Source of the DNA: Candidatus Multivorans sp.
GTDB lineage: Bacteria > Acidobacteriota > Thermoanaerobaculia > Multivoradales > Multivoraceae
Assembly: GCA_965205095.1 (NCBI GenBank)
Contig: OZ242040.1
Location: 2,855,362 to 2,919,361 of the forward strand
Direction: 5' to 3'
Length of the DNA: 64,000 nucleotides
The notes under the pieces are model-generated. The model was not told the origin of the DNA. It saw nothing but the letters and a program-made list of their open reading frames with translations, and made no database searches. This document shows, piece after piece, positions 56,740-64,000 of this stretch. How positions within the stretch are numbered: the first letter of the stretch is position 1; the number at the start of each line of letters is the position of its first letter. The translations under genes were made by a program, and so were the position numbers.

Positions 56740-58191
56740 ATGCCCAAGAAACCTCGCGCAACCGGCCGGCGTTCGTCCGGTGGACGGCCGTCCGGCCGAA
56801 GGCCAGCCGGCCGTGGCCGGTCCGGCCGCACGCCGCAGAGCCACGATGCCGTCTGTGCCGAATGCGACAGTCCGACAACCGTCCCCTTCAGGCCCGCACC
56901 CGGCAGACCGGTGTATTGCCGCTCCTGCTTCAGCAACCGTCCGCAGGGCAACCGCAACCGCTCCGAGGGCAGCCGTCCCCAACGTAACCGTCCTCACGGC
57001 GGCGGCGCACGGGTGAACGGCGCCAAGCCCGTGGTCGAGCCGGCGGCGGATCCCGGGCACGACACTCACTCCGGCGCCGTGTTCGCCAGCCTGGAGCTTT
57101 CGCGCGCGACCAGGGCGGCGATCGGCCGAATGGCGATCTCCGAGCCGACACCCATTCAGGAGCAGTCCATCCCCGCGCTGCTGGCTGGGCGGGATCTGGT
57201 CGGGCAGGCGCAGACGGGATCCGGAAAGACGCTGGCCTTCGCCGTGCCCATTGCGGAGGTCTGCGATCCGTCGACCCGGCGCGTTCAGGCGCTGGTGCTG
57301 GTGCCGACCCGGGAGTTGGCCCTCCAGGTAGCCGGCGTCATCTCCCGTCTGGCTTCATCGGGCCGTGTGACCGTGACGCAGCTCGTCGGCGGCCGGCCGA
57401 TACGGCGCGAACAGGCGGCGCTCCGGCGAGGAGCCGATGTCGTCGTCGGCACGCCGGGCCGGACGCTGGACCACCTGCGCCAGGGGTCCCTGGATCTGGG
57501 CGCCGTGCGGTTCCTCGTCCTGGACGAGGCGGACGAGATGCTCGACCAGGGCTTCGCCCGCGACGTCGAGGCGATCCTCAGCCGCACTCCCGCTTCAAGG
57601 CAGACCGCCCTGTTCTCCGCCACCATGCCGAACTGGGTGGCGAAGACGGCGAAACAGTACCTGCGCAACCCGGTGAAGGTAGAGATCGACGCCCGGACGC
57701 AGGAGTCCGCGGTGGAGCATCTGGTCTACTCGATCCAGAAGGACGACAAGATCGCGGCACTCCGGACACTGCTGGACGGCCGCAACGGCGACCCGATTCT
57801 CGTCTTCGGTCGAACGAAGCACGGGGTCAGGAAGCTGGCGAAGAAGCTCGATGCGCTGGGCTATCCGGTGGGGGCGCTTCAGGGCAACCTCAGCCAGGGC
57901 GCCCGCGAGCGCGTGATGCGAGGTTTCCGTTCCGGTGCCGCGCCGATCCTGGTGGCGACGAATGTCGCCGCCCGCGGCATCGACGTCCAGGGCATCGGTC
58001 AGGTCATCAATTTCGACCTGCCGGACTCGCAGCGGCTGTTCACCCACCGCGTGGGACGAACCGGGCGGATGGGGAGTTCGGGCGAGGCGGTGACCTTCAT
58101 CACGCCGGACGAAGAGCGGAAGTGGCGCGAGATTCAGCGGGGGCTGGGTCGACGGTTTCCCCGCCGGCCGTGGCGGGCGCCGGCGAGCTGA
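56740..58191 (+). CDS. DEAD-box ATP-dependent RNA helicase with N-terminal RG-rich + CxxC-x17-CxxC zinc-ribbon extension
   Basis: ATG at 56740 with an AGAGGAG RBS. The core has a Q-motif (F...PTPIQ), AQTGSGKT, DEAD and SAT, and ends HRVGRTGR. Residues ~1-110 comprise the RG-rich segment and CAECD...CRSC. The track N-terminus was rejected. Confidence 0.85.
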   Translation: MPKKPRATGRRSSGGRPSGRRPAGRGRSGRTPQSHDAVCAECDSPTTVPFRPAPGRPVYCRSCFSNRPQGNRNRSEGSRPQRNRPHGGGARVNGAKPVVEPAADPGHDTHSGAVFASLELSRATRAAIGRMAISEPTPIQEQSIPALLAGRDLVGQAQTGSGKTLAFAVPIAEVCDPSTRRVQALVLVPTRELALQVAGVISRLASSGRVTVTQLVGGRPIRREQAALRRGADVVVGTPGRTLDHLRQGSLDLGAVRFLVLDEADEMLDQGFARDVEAILSRTPASRQTALFSATMPNWVAKTAKQYLRNPVKVEIDARTQESAVEHLVYSIQKDDKIAALRTLLDGRNGDPILVFGRTKHGVRKLAKKLDALGYPVGALQGNLSQGARERVMRGFRSGAAPILVATNVAARGIDVQGIGQVINFDLPDSQRLFTHRVGRTGRMGSSGEAVTFITPDEERKWREIQRGLGRRFPRRPWRAPAS

Positions 58192-58214
58192 CGGGGGCCG
58201 CCTGCGGGAAGCGG

Positions 58215-60068
58215 TCACGCCACTTGCCGCTTCCTCTCATGCGGGTCGAAATGACGCTTGCGTAGCCGGAGTTGAGCCGGAGTGACCTCGATCAGCTCGT
58301 CCTCGCGGATGAACTCGATGGACTGTTCCAGGGAGAGGCGGCGCGGCGGCACGGTCTTCTCGTAGGCGTTCGCGCTGGCGGCGCGCATGTTGGTCTGCCT
58401 TCTCTCGCGGGTGATGTTCACGTCGAGGTCGGAGCCGCGGCTCGATTCACCGACCAGCATTCCCTGGTAGACCGTTTCGTTCGGTCCGACGAACAGCTCG
58501 CCCCGACTCTGGAGGTTGTTCATCGCATAGGTGGTGACGCGGCCGCCGCGGTCGGCGACCAGCGCACCGGTCGCCCGGTGAACGATGCCGCCGGCCCAGG
58601 GCCGGTAGCCGATGAGCATGCGGGTGAGGATGCCGGTGCCCTTGGTATCGGAGAGGAACTCGGTGCGGTAGCCGATCAGGCCGCGGCTGGGAACCTCGAA
58701 CTCCAGGCGCACCCTTCCCGAACGGCGGGTGACCATCCGAGCCAGGACCGCTCTGCGCGCACCGAGCTTGCGGACGACCACCCCCTGGTACTCCTCGGCC
58801 ACGTCCATGACAGCCAGTTCGTAGGGTTCGTGCATGGCGCCCTGCACCGAGCGGGTCAGCACGCGGGGCATGCCGACCGAGAACTCGTAGCCTTCGCGGC
58901 GCATCTGCTCGATCAGGATGGCGAGCTGGAGTTCGCCGCGGCCGTAGACCAGAAACCGGTTGGCCGAGTCGGTGGTTTCGACCCGGAGCGCCAGGTTGTT
59001 TCGCGCCTCATCGAAGAGCCGCTCGCGGAGGTGGCGCGAGGTGAGGTACTTCCCGTCCCTGCCGCTCAGCGGGGAGTCGTTGATTCCGAACTCCATCGAC
59101 AGCGTGGGTTCCGCCACGTCGAGCGGCGGCAGGGCTTGGGGGTCTTCGGCGTCGGCGATGCTCTCGCCCAGTCCGACACCCTCCATGCCTGCCAGCGCGA
59201 TGATCTCTCCCGGGCCGGCCGACGGCACGGCGACCCGCCCGAGCCCCTCGTAGACGAACAGCTTCGAGACGACGGCGGGAGTCCGAGCCCCGGTGCGCCG
59301 GCACACCGTGACCGCCTGCCGGTGCCGGACGGTGCCGGCCACGACGCGTCCGATAGCCAGCGGACCGAGGTGATCGTCGGGCTGCACGTTGGTCACCAGC
59401 ACCTGCAGGGGGTGATCGGCATCTCCCGATGGCGGCGGAACGTGTTCGAGGATCGTCTCGAACAGGGGCCTGAGATCCGTCAGGTCCGCGTCGAGCGCCG
59501 TCGTGCACTTGCCTTCCCGGGCGACGGCGTACAGCACGGGGAAGTCGATCTGTTCCTCGGTGGCGTCGAGGTCGATGAACAGGTCGTAGATCTCGTCCAG
59601 GACCTCGCCGGCGCGTGCGTCCCTGCGGTCGATCTTGTTGATGACCACGATCGCGGGCAGTCCCAGCTCCAGGGCCTTGAGCAGGACGGCGCGGGTCTGG
59701 GGAAGCGGCCCCTCGGCGGCGTCGACGAGCAGCATGACGCCGTCGACCATGCGCAGGGTGCGTTCGACCTCGCCGCCGAAGTCGGCGTGCCCGGGTGTGT
59801 CGACGATGTTGATCTTGACGTCACCGCCGGGGTGCGATCCATCGTGTCCCTTGATCGCGGTTTCGCGCTTCCGCGGGGTGTAGGTCACGGCGGTGTTCTT
59901 CGCCATGATCGTGATGCCCTTCTCGCGCTCGAGGTCCATCGAGTCGAGAACCCGCTCCCGGACGTCCTGGTTGGCGCGGAAGATCCCGCTCTGCCAGAGC
60001 ATGGCGTCCACGAGCGTCGTCTTGCCGTGGTCGACATGCGCAACGATCGCTATGTTGCGAAGGTTCAT
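58215..60068 (-). CDS. typA: translational GTPase TypA/BipA
   Basis: ATG at 60066-60068 ([21 protein letters not shown]...). The 617 aa carry TypA blocks. The 366 codons upstream in the 983-aa track ORF are Arg-rich antisense and were rejected. Confidence 0.9.
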   Translation of the reverse strand: MNLRNIAIVAHVDHGKTTLVDAMLWQSGIFRANQDVRERVLDSMDLEREKGITIMAKNTAVTYTPRKRETAIKGHDGSHPGGDVKINIVDTPGHADFGGEVERTLRMVDGVMLLVDAAEGPLPQTRAVLLKALELGLPAIVVINKIDRRDARAGEVLDEIYDLFIDLDATEEQIDFPVLYAVAREGKCTTALDADLTDLRPLFETILEHVPPPSGDADHPLQVLVTNVQPDDHLGPLAIGRVVAGTVRHRQAVTVCRRTGARTPAVVSKLFVYEGLGRVAVPSAGPGEIIALAGMEGVGLGESIADAEDPQALPPLDVAEPTLSMEFGINDSPLSGRDGKYLTSRHLRERLFDEARNNLALRVETTDSANRFLVYGRGELQLAILIEQMRREGYEFSVGMPRVLTRSVQGAMHEPYELAVMDVAEEYQGVVVRKLGARRAVLARMVTRRSGRVRLEFEVPSRGLIGYRTEFLSDTKGTGILTRMLIGYRPWAGGIVHRATGALVADRGGRVTTYAMNNLQSRGELFVGPNETVYQGMLVGESSRGSDLDVNITRERRQTNMRAASANAYEKTVPPRRLSLEQSIEFIREDELIEVTPAQLRLRKRHFDPHERKRQVA

Positions 60069-60118
60069 TCCGTACTCGGTTGAAGCGCGTGCCCCGGCCT
60101 GCGAGGCGCGGTCTTTGG

Positions 60119-61243
60119 TCAGTCGGCCGCGGATTCGGGCAGCCGGGTTTGCCGCGAAGGCGATTCCCTGATGTGGATGTCGTGCTGGCTGAACGGGATC
60201 TCGATCCCGGCGGCGGCGAACGCCCTGTGCGTCGCCTTGACCAGCTCGTGGGTGACGATGCCGCGAAGCACCGGCTCCTCGACCCAGCACAGCAGTTCGT
60301 AGTCGATGGACGAGGGGCCGAAGGTGCGGAACCGTACACGAGGTTCGGGCTGTTTGCACACCTTCGGGTTGTCCGCGGCGACCTGGAGCTGGACCGCTTC
60401 GACGTGGTCCACGTCGCTGCCGTAGGCGACCCCGACGCGCACCCGGATCCGGTACTTGACGTGCGGCCCGCCGCTCTCGTTGTTGATCTTCGCGTTCCCC
60501 ATCACCGCGTTGGGGATCGTGACCTCGATGTCGTCGCGGGTGAGCAGGCGCGTGCTGCGGATGCCGATCTCCGTGACCATGCCGCGCTCGCCGGTGTCGA
60601 GCGTGATGAAGTCGCCGATCTTGTACGGCCCGTCCGCGAAGATGAAGATGCCCGCGAACAGGTTCGCCAGCGTGTCCCGGGCGGCGAAACCGATCGCCAG
60701 TCCGGCGATGCCGCCTGCGGCGAGCAGCCCGGAGACGTCGGCGCCCCAGGCGTTGATCACCAGATAGGCCCCCAGGATCACGATCGCGACCTTGGCCAGG
60801 TTCTCGAAGAGGGGCTCGGTGTGCCTGGAGACGAGAGCGCCCTGGCTCCTGCGTCGCGCCAGGGCCCGTAGCAGGACTCCCGAGGCGCGCAGCGCCGCGA
60901 CGACCCAGAACAGCAGCGCGACGGTCTGCAGCGCGTCGACGATTCTCTGCTCGGAGGCGCCGGCGAGTTGCAATCGAGCGACGCCCATCCGCAAGCCGAT
61001 CAGGAAGACCGAAATCCAGAGCGGCCAGTGCGCCGCCTCGAGCAGTCGGTCGTCGACTTCGGTCTTTGTCTTCGCGACGAGTTTCGTCGCGCCGAACTTG
61101 AGGATCCACCAGACGACCCAGGCGCCTAGCGCGGAGACGAAGGCGATGGCCAGCAACTGCAGCCACGCGCCCCAGAGCTCGTGCACGTAGATCGGAAGCA
61201 GCTCGGCGAGCCGTCGTTCGAGTGCGGTCAGTTCTGCTACCAC
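60119..61243 (-). CDS. mechanosensitive ion channel (MscS family)
   Basis: TM helices followed by the MscS pore-helix/beta domain ([25 protein letters not shown]). The GTG start at 61243 is tentative. Confidence 0.65.
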   Translation of the reverse strand: MVAELTALERRLAELLPIYVHELWGAWLQLLAIAFVSALGAWVVWWILKFGATKLVAKTKTEVDDRLLEAAHWPLWISVFLIGLRMGVARLQLAGASEQRIVDALQTVALLFWVVAALRASGVLLRALARRRSQGALVSRHTEPLFENLAKVAIVILGAYLVINAWGADVSGLLAAGGIAGLAIGFAARDTLANLFAGIFIFADGPYKIGDFITLDTGERGMVTEIGIRSTRLLTRDDIEVTIPNAVMGNAKINNESGGPHVKYRIRVRVGVAYGSDVDHVEAVQLQVAADNPKVCKQPEPRVRFRTFGPSSIDYELLCWVEEPVLRGIVTHELVKATHRAFAAAGIEIPFSQHDIHIRESPSRQTRLPESAAD

Positions 61244-61273
61244 AGGATGACTACGATAGCGTGACGCCTTGCA

Positions 61274-61654
61274 ATGAACTGGCTCGTTGTCGGACTCTTG
61301 ATGTGCGCCGCTTCGGTCGGCGCCGGCGCTTTCGGCGCGCACGGGCTGCGCTCCTCGCTCGACGCGGAGCACCTGGCGCTGTGGGAGACGGCGGCCCGCT
61401 ATCTCATGTACGGCGGAGTCGTGGTCAGCCTTCTCGGCCTCGCCGGACGCGTCTCGGCGGTCGATCTGCGGCTTGCCGGCTGGCTGCTGTTCGTCGGGTC
61501 CCTGATCTTCTCCGGGACGGTCGCGGCGATTGCCGTTGGCGGCCCTCGCTGGCTGGGCGCGATCACGCCGATAGGCGGCACTCTGCTGATCGTCGGCATT
61601 CTGGTTTTCGCCTGGAGGGTGCTGCAGGGTCCAGGTACTCCGGCCGGGTTCTGA
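61274..61654 (+). CDS. DUF423 (YgdD/TMEM256-family) membrane protein
   Basis: 126 aa with 4 TM segments. The GAFGAHGL motif is typical of DUF423. Confidence 0.6.
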   Translation: MNWLVVGLLMCAASVGAGAFGAHGLRSSLDAEHLALWETAARYLMYGGVVVSLLGLAGRVSAVDLRLAGWLLFVGSLIFSGTVAAIAVGGPRWLGAITPIGGTLLIVGILVFAWRVLQGPGTPAGF

Positions 61655-61776
61655 AACAACGGGGGAATGCCGGTTCGGCGCCGCGCGTTCGGACGATTCC
61701 CTACAGCCTCTGCGCGGTTTATGCTGCGGCCCCGGCCGCGCCCAGGCGGTCCTCACATTCCAGGAGATCAACTGAA

Positions 61777-63402
61777 ATGCCGAACGGCACATTGCAAGTA
61801 CCCGCACCCCGCAACGAACCCGTTCTCGACTATGCGCCCGGTTCCGCCGAGCGGGCCGCTCTCGAGGCGCGGTTGAAGCAGATGCTCGGCGAGCGGGTCG
61901 AGATTCCGGTCCTGGCCGGCGGCCGCGAGATCCGCACCGGCCGCACGCAGGACGTCGTCTGTCCTCATGACCACCGCCACGTTCTCGGCACCTGCCACCA
62001 GGCCGGCGCCGCGGAAGTCGAGGCGGCCGTGGCGGCTTCCCAGGAGGCCTGGCCGGCGTGGTCCGCGATGCCGTTCGAGGAGCGGGCGGCGATCTTCCTC
62101 CGCGCCGCGGAGCTTCTGGCCGGTTCGTGGCGGCAGACGGTGAACGCCGCGACCATGCTGAACCAGTCGAAGACGTGCTACCAGGCGGAGATCGACTCAG
62201 CCTGCGAACTGATCGACTTCCTGCGCTTCAACGTCGCGTTCGCGGAGGAGCTCTACGGCCAGCAGCCGGTCTCGTCGCCCGGGATCTGGAACTACGTCGA
62301 GTACCGGGCGCTCGAGGGCTTCGTGTTCGCGGTCACGCCGTTCAACTTCACCGCGATCGCCGGCAACCTGCCGACGTCCGCCGCGATCATGGGCAACACC
62401 GTGCTGTGGAAGCCGGCGTCCACGGCGCTGCTTTCCGGCTACTACTTCGTGAAACTGCTGGAGGAAGCGGGGCTGCCGCCCGGAGTGATCAACTTCGTGC
62501 CGGGTCCGGGCGCGACCGTGGGCGATCCGGTTCTCGCCAGCCGCCACCTGGCGGGCATCCACTTCACCGGTTCGACACCGGTCTTCCAGCGGATGTGGCG
62601 GACGATCGGAGACCGGATCCAGGACTACGACACGTACCCTCGCATCGTCGGCGAAACCGGCGGAAAGGACTTCGTCTTCGCGCATCCGTCGGCGGACCCC
62701 GCGGCGCTGACCACGGCGTTGATCCGGGGGTCTTTCGAGTACCAGGGGCAGAAGTGCTCCGCGGCGTCCCGGGCCTATGTTCCCGCTTCGCTTTGGGGCG
62801 AGGTGCGCGACCGGCTCTGCGCCGACCTGGAGACGGTGTCGATGGGCTCGCCGGTCGACTTCTCGAACTTCATGGCCGCGGTCATCGACCAGTCGTCCTG
62901 GGGCAACATCTCGGGCTACCTCGCCGACGCGGAGAACGGATCGCCGTACGAGGTCGTGTCAGGGGGCGGCCGGGACGATTCGGTCGGCTACTTCGTGGAG
63001 CCCACCGTCGTCCGCAGCGAGGATCCGCGCTCGCGCCTGATGAGCGAGGAGATCTTCGGCCCCGTTCTCACGGTCTACGTCTATGAGGACGGCGCGCTCG
63101 ACGAGGCGCTGGAACTCTGCGACACGACGAGCCCCTACGCTCTCACCGGCGCCGTGTTCGCCCGCGACCGCACGGCCGTCGCCCGAATCGGCGCCGCGCT
63201 GCGCAACGCCGCCGGCAACTTCTACATCAACGACAAGCCGACCGGAGCCGTCGTCGGCCAGCAGCCCTTTGGCGGCGCCCGTGCGTCCGGCACGAACGAC
63301 AAGGCGGGCTCCATGGCCAACCTGATGCGCTGGACGTCCCAGCGGGCTGTCAAGGAGAACTTCGCCCCGCCGACGGACTATGGCTACCCGCACATGGGCT
63401 GA
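61777..63402 (+). CDS. pruA: L-glutamate gamma-semialdehyde (1-pyrroline-5-carboxylate) dehydrogenase
   Basis: ATG at 61777 with a CAGGAGA RBS. ALDH fold with an ETGGKD/FEYQGQKCSA catalytic Cys region, and RocA/PruA-like length (541 aa). Confidence 0.8.
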   Translation: MPNGTLQVPAPRNEPVLDYAPGSAERAALEARLKQMLGERVEIPVLAGGREIRTGRTQDVVCPHDHRHVLGTCHQAGAAEVEAAVAASQEAWPAWSAMPFEERAAIFLRAAELLAGSWRQTVNAATMLNQSKTCYQAEIDSACELIDFLRFNVAFAEELYGQQPVSSPGIWNYVEYRALEGFVFAVTPFNFTAIAGNLPTSAAIMGNTVLWKPASTALLSGYYFVKLLEEAGLPPGVINFVPGPGATVGDPVLASRHLAGIHFTGSTPVFQRMWRTIGDRIQDYDTYPRIVGETGGKDFVFAHPSADPAALTTALIRGSFEYQGQKCSAASRAYVPASLWGEVRDRLCADLETVSMGSPVDFSNFMAAVIDQSSWGNISGYLADAENGSPYEVVSGGGRDDSVGYFVEPTVVRSEDPRSRLMSEEIFGPVLTVYVYEDGALDEALELCDTTSPYALTGAVFARDRTAVARIGAALRNAAGNFYINDKPTGAVVGQQPFGGARASGTNDKAGSMANLMRWTSQRAVKENFAPPTDYGYPHMG

Positions 63403-63417
63403 TGCGGTCGCCGCGCC

Positions 63418-63699
63418 GTGATCGTCGATTGCGCGGACAAGCGCACTGAGGCGTTCTACAGCGGTCGCCGGGTCGCAGCTTTTTCGGGCTTCGCCCGGAC
63501 GGCCTCGCGAAAGCTGGACCAGCTCGACGCGGCCACAAGCCTGGGCGACCTGGCCAGGCCGGGCAACCGTCTGAAGGCGCTCAAGGGTCGCCGCAAAGGA
63601 CAGTGGAGCATTCGCATCAACGACCAATGGCGAGTCTGTTTCAGGTGGCCTGCGGGAAGCCCGGGTCCCACGGACGTGGAGATCGTGGACTACCATTGA
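63418..63699 (+). CDS. higB: HigB-type toxin (RelE/ParE superfamily)
   Basis: GTG at 63418 is the first start after the in-frame TGA of pruA. NRLKALKGRRKGQWSIRINDQWRVCFRW...VEIVDYH is the HigB signature. Confidence 0.7.
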   Translation: MIVDCADKRTEAFYSGRRVAAFSGFARTASRKLDQLDAATSLGDLARPGNRLKALKGRRKGQWSIRINDQWRVCFRWPAGSPGPTDVEIVDYH

Positions 63700-63713
63700 G
63701 GCGGAGGCAGAAC

Positions 63714-64000
63714 ATGCGCGAGCCCATTCATCCCGGTGAGACGCTGCGCGAGGATCTCGACGCCCTCGGAATGAGCGCGGCGGAACTGGCGCGGCGGCTC
63801 GACGTGCCGGTGAGCCGCATCACAGAGATCCTCAAGGGTCGGCGCGCCGTTACCGGCGACACGGCTCTTCGGCTCGGGCGTTTCTTCGGCACCTCGGGGG
63901 AGTTTTGGCTCAACTTGCAGAAGCTCTACGAACTCCGGCTTGCGGAACGCGAAAACGGCTCGGCGATCTCTCGGTTGCCGACTCTGGATGCAGGCGGGGG
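63714..64000 (+). CDS. higA: HigA-type antitoxin (XRE HTH), 3'-partial at window edge
   Basis: ATG at 63714 with a GGCGGAGG RBS. The Cro/C1-type HTH is LGMSAAELARRLDVPVSRITEILKGRR. Confidence 0.65.
   Translation, partial: MREPIHPGETLREDLDALGMSAAELARRLDVPVSRITEILKGRRAVTGDTALRLGRFFGTSGEFWLNLQKLYELRLAERENGSAISRLPTLDAGG

Noticed and set aside
58215-61166. 983-aa ORF on the minus strand
   Set aside because: Only the C-terminal 617 aa (from ATG 60068) are TypA/BipA. The upstream 366 codons are Arg/His-rich antisense of the MscS gene region, typical of high-GC read-through.

Overview
This is a gene-dense bacterial chromosomal segment with very high GC (about 70%). Many six-frame ORFs are Arg/Pro-rich antisense artefacts. 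I support about 60 CDS.

Housekeeping content:
- A divergent trehalose locus: otsA on one strand, otsB translationally coupled to a GH15 glucoamylase/trehalase-like gene on the other.
- A reductive-dehalogenase/QueG-superfamily Fe-S protein.
- msrP, ampG, a PspC-domain gene, glcD and glcE, and an aldehyde dehydrogenase.
- A roughly 9.2-kb co-directional heme-biosynthesis cluster on the minus strand: hemC-hemD fusion, hemL, hemF, hemH, hemA, hemE and hemY, most joined by 4-nt stop/start overlaps.
- A bacterial ACE-like M2 peptidase, xthA, an MFS transporter, ferritin, mdh, galE, a Cys-less DsbA-like protein, a CRTAC1/FG-GAP lipoprotein plus TPR protein, gltX and glnS.
- An OmpR-family two-component system (sensor kinase plus response regulator). 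It sits next to two genes, a cytochrome-c/PSCyt protein and a Spy/CpxP-like protein, that each carry an identical 40-bp upstream element.
- A HIBADH-type dehydrogenase, an Mpg-type glycosylase, a hotdog thioesterase, prolyl oligopeptidase, lhgO, pheA, two tandem Zn-dependent alcohol dehydrogenases, a DEAD-box helicase with an N-terminal zinc-ribbon and RG-rich extension, typA/bipA, an MscS channel, DUF423 and a P5C dehydrogenase.

Accessory content:
- Three separate minimal nucleotidyltransferase (MNT) genes. One is orphan and sits upstream of a coupled small-ORF/PepSY-like/PIN triplet in a lower-GC islet. One overlaps a HEPN gene. One is translationally coupled to an Xre/DUF2384 antitoxin-type protein, which is a non-canonical pairing.
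- A higB/higA pair at the 3' edge.
- A family of at least seven GC-rich REP-like intergenic repeats. Two copies run into coding ends.

I recognised no rRNA, tRNA, CRISPR array or transposase.
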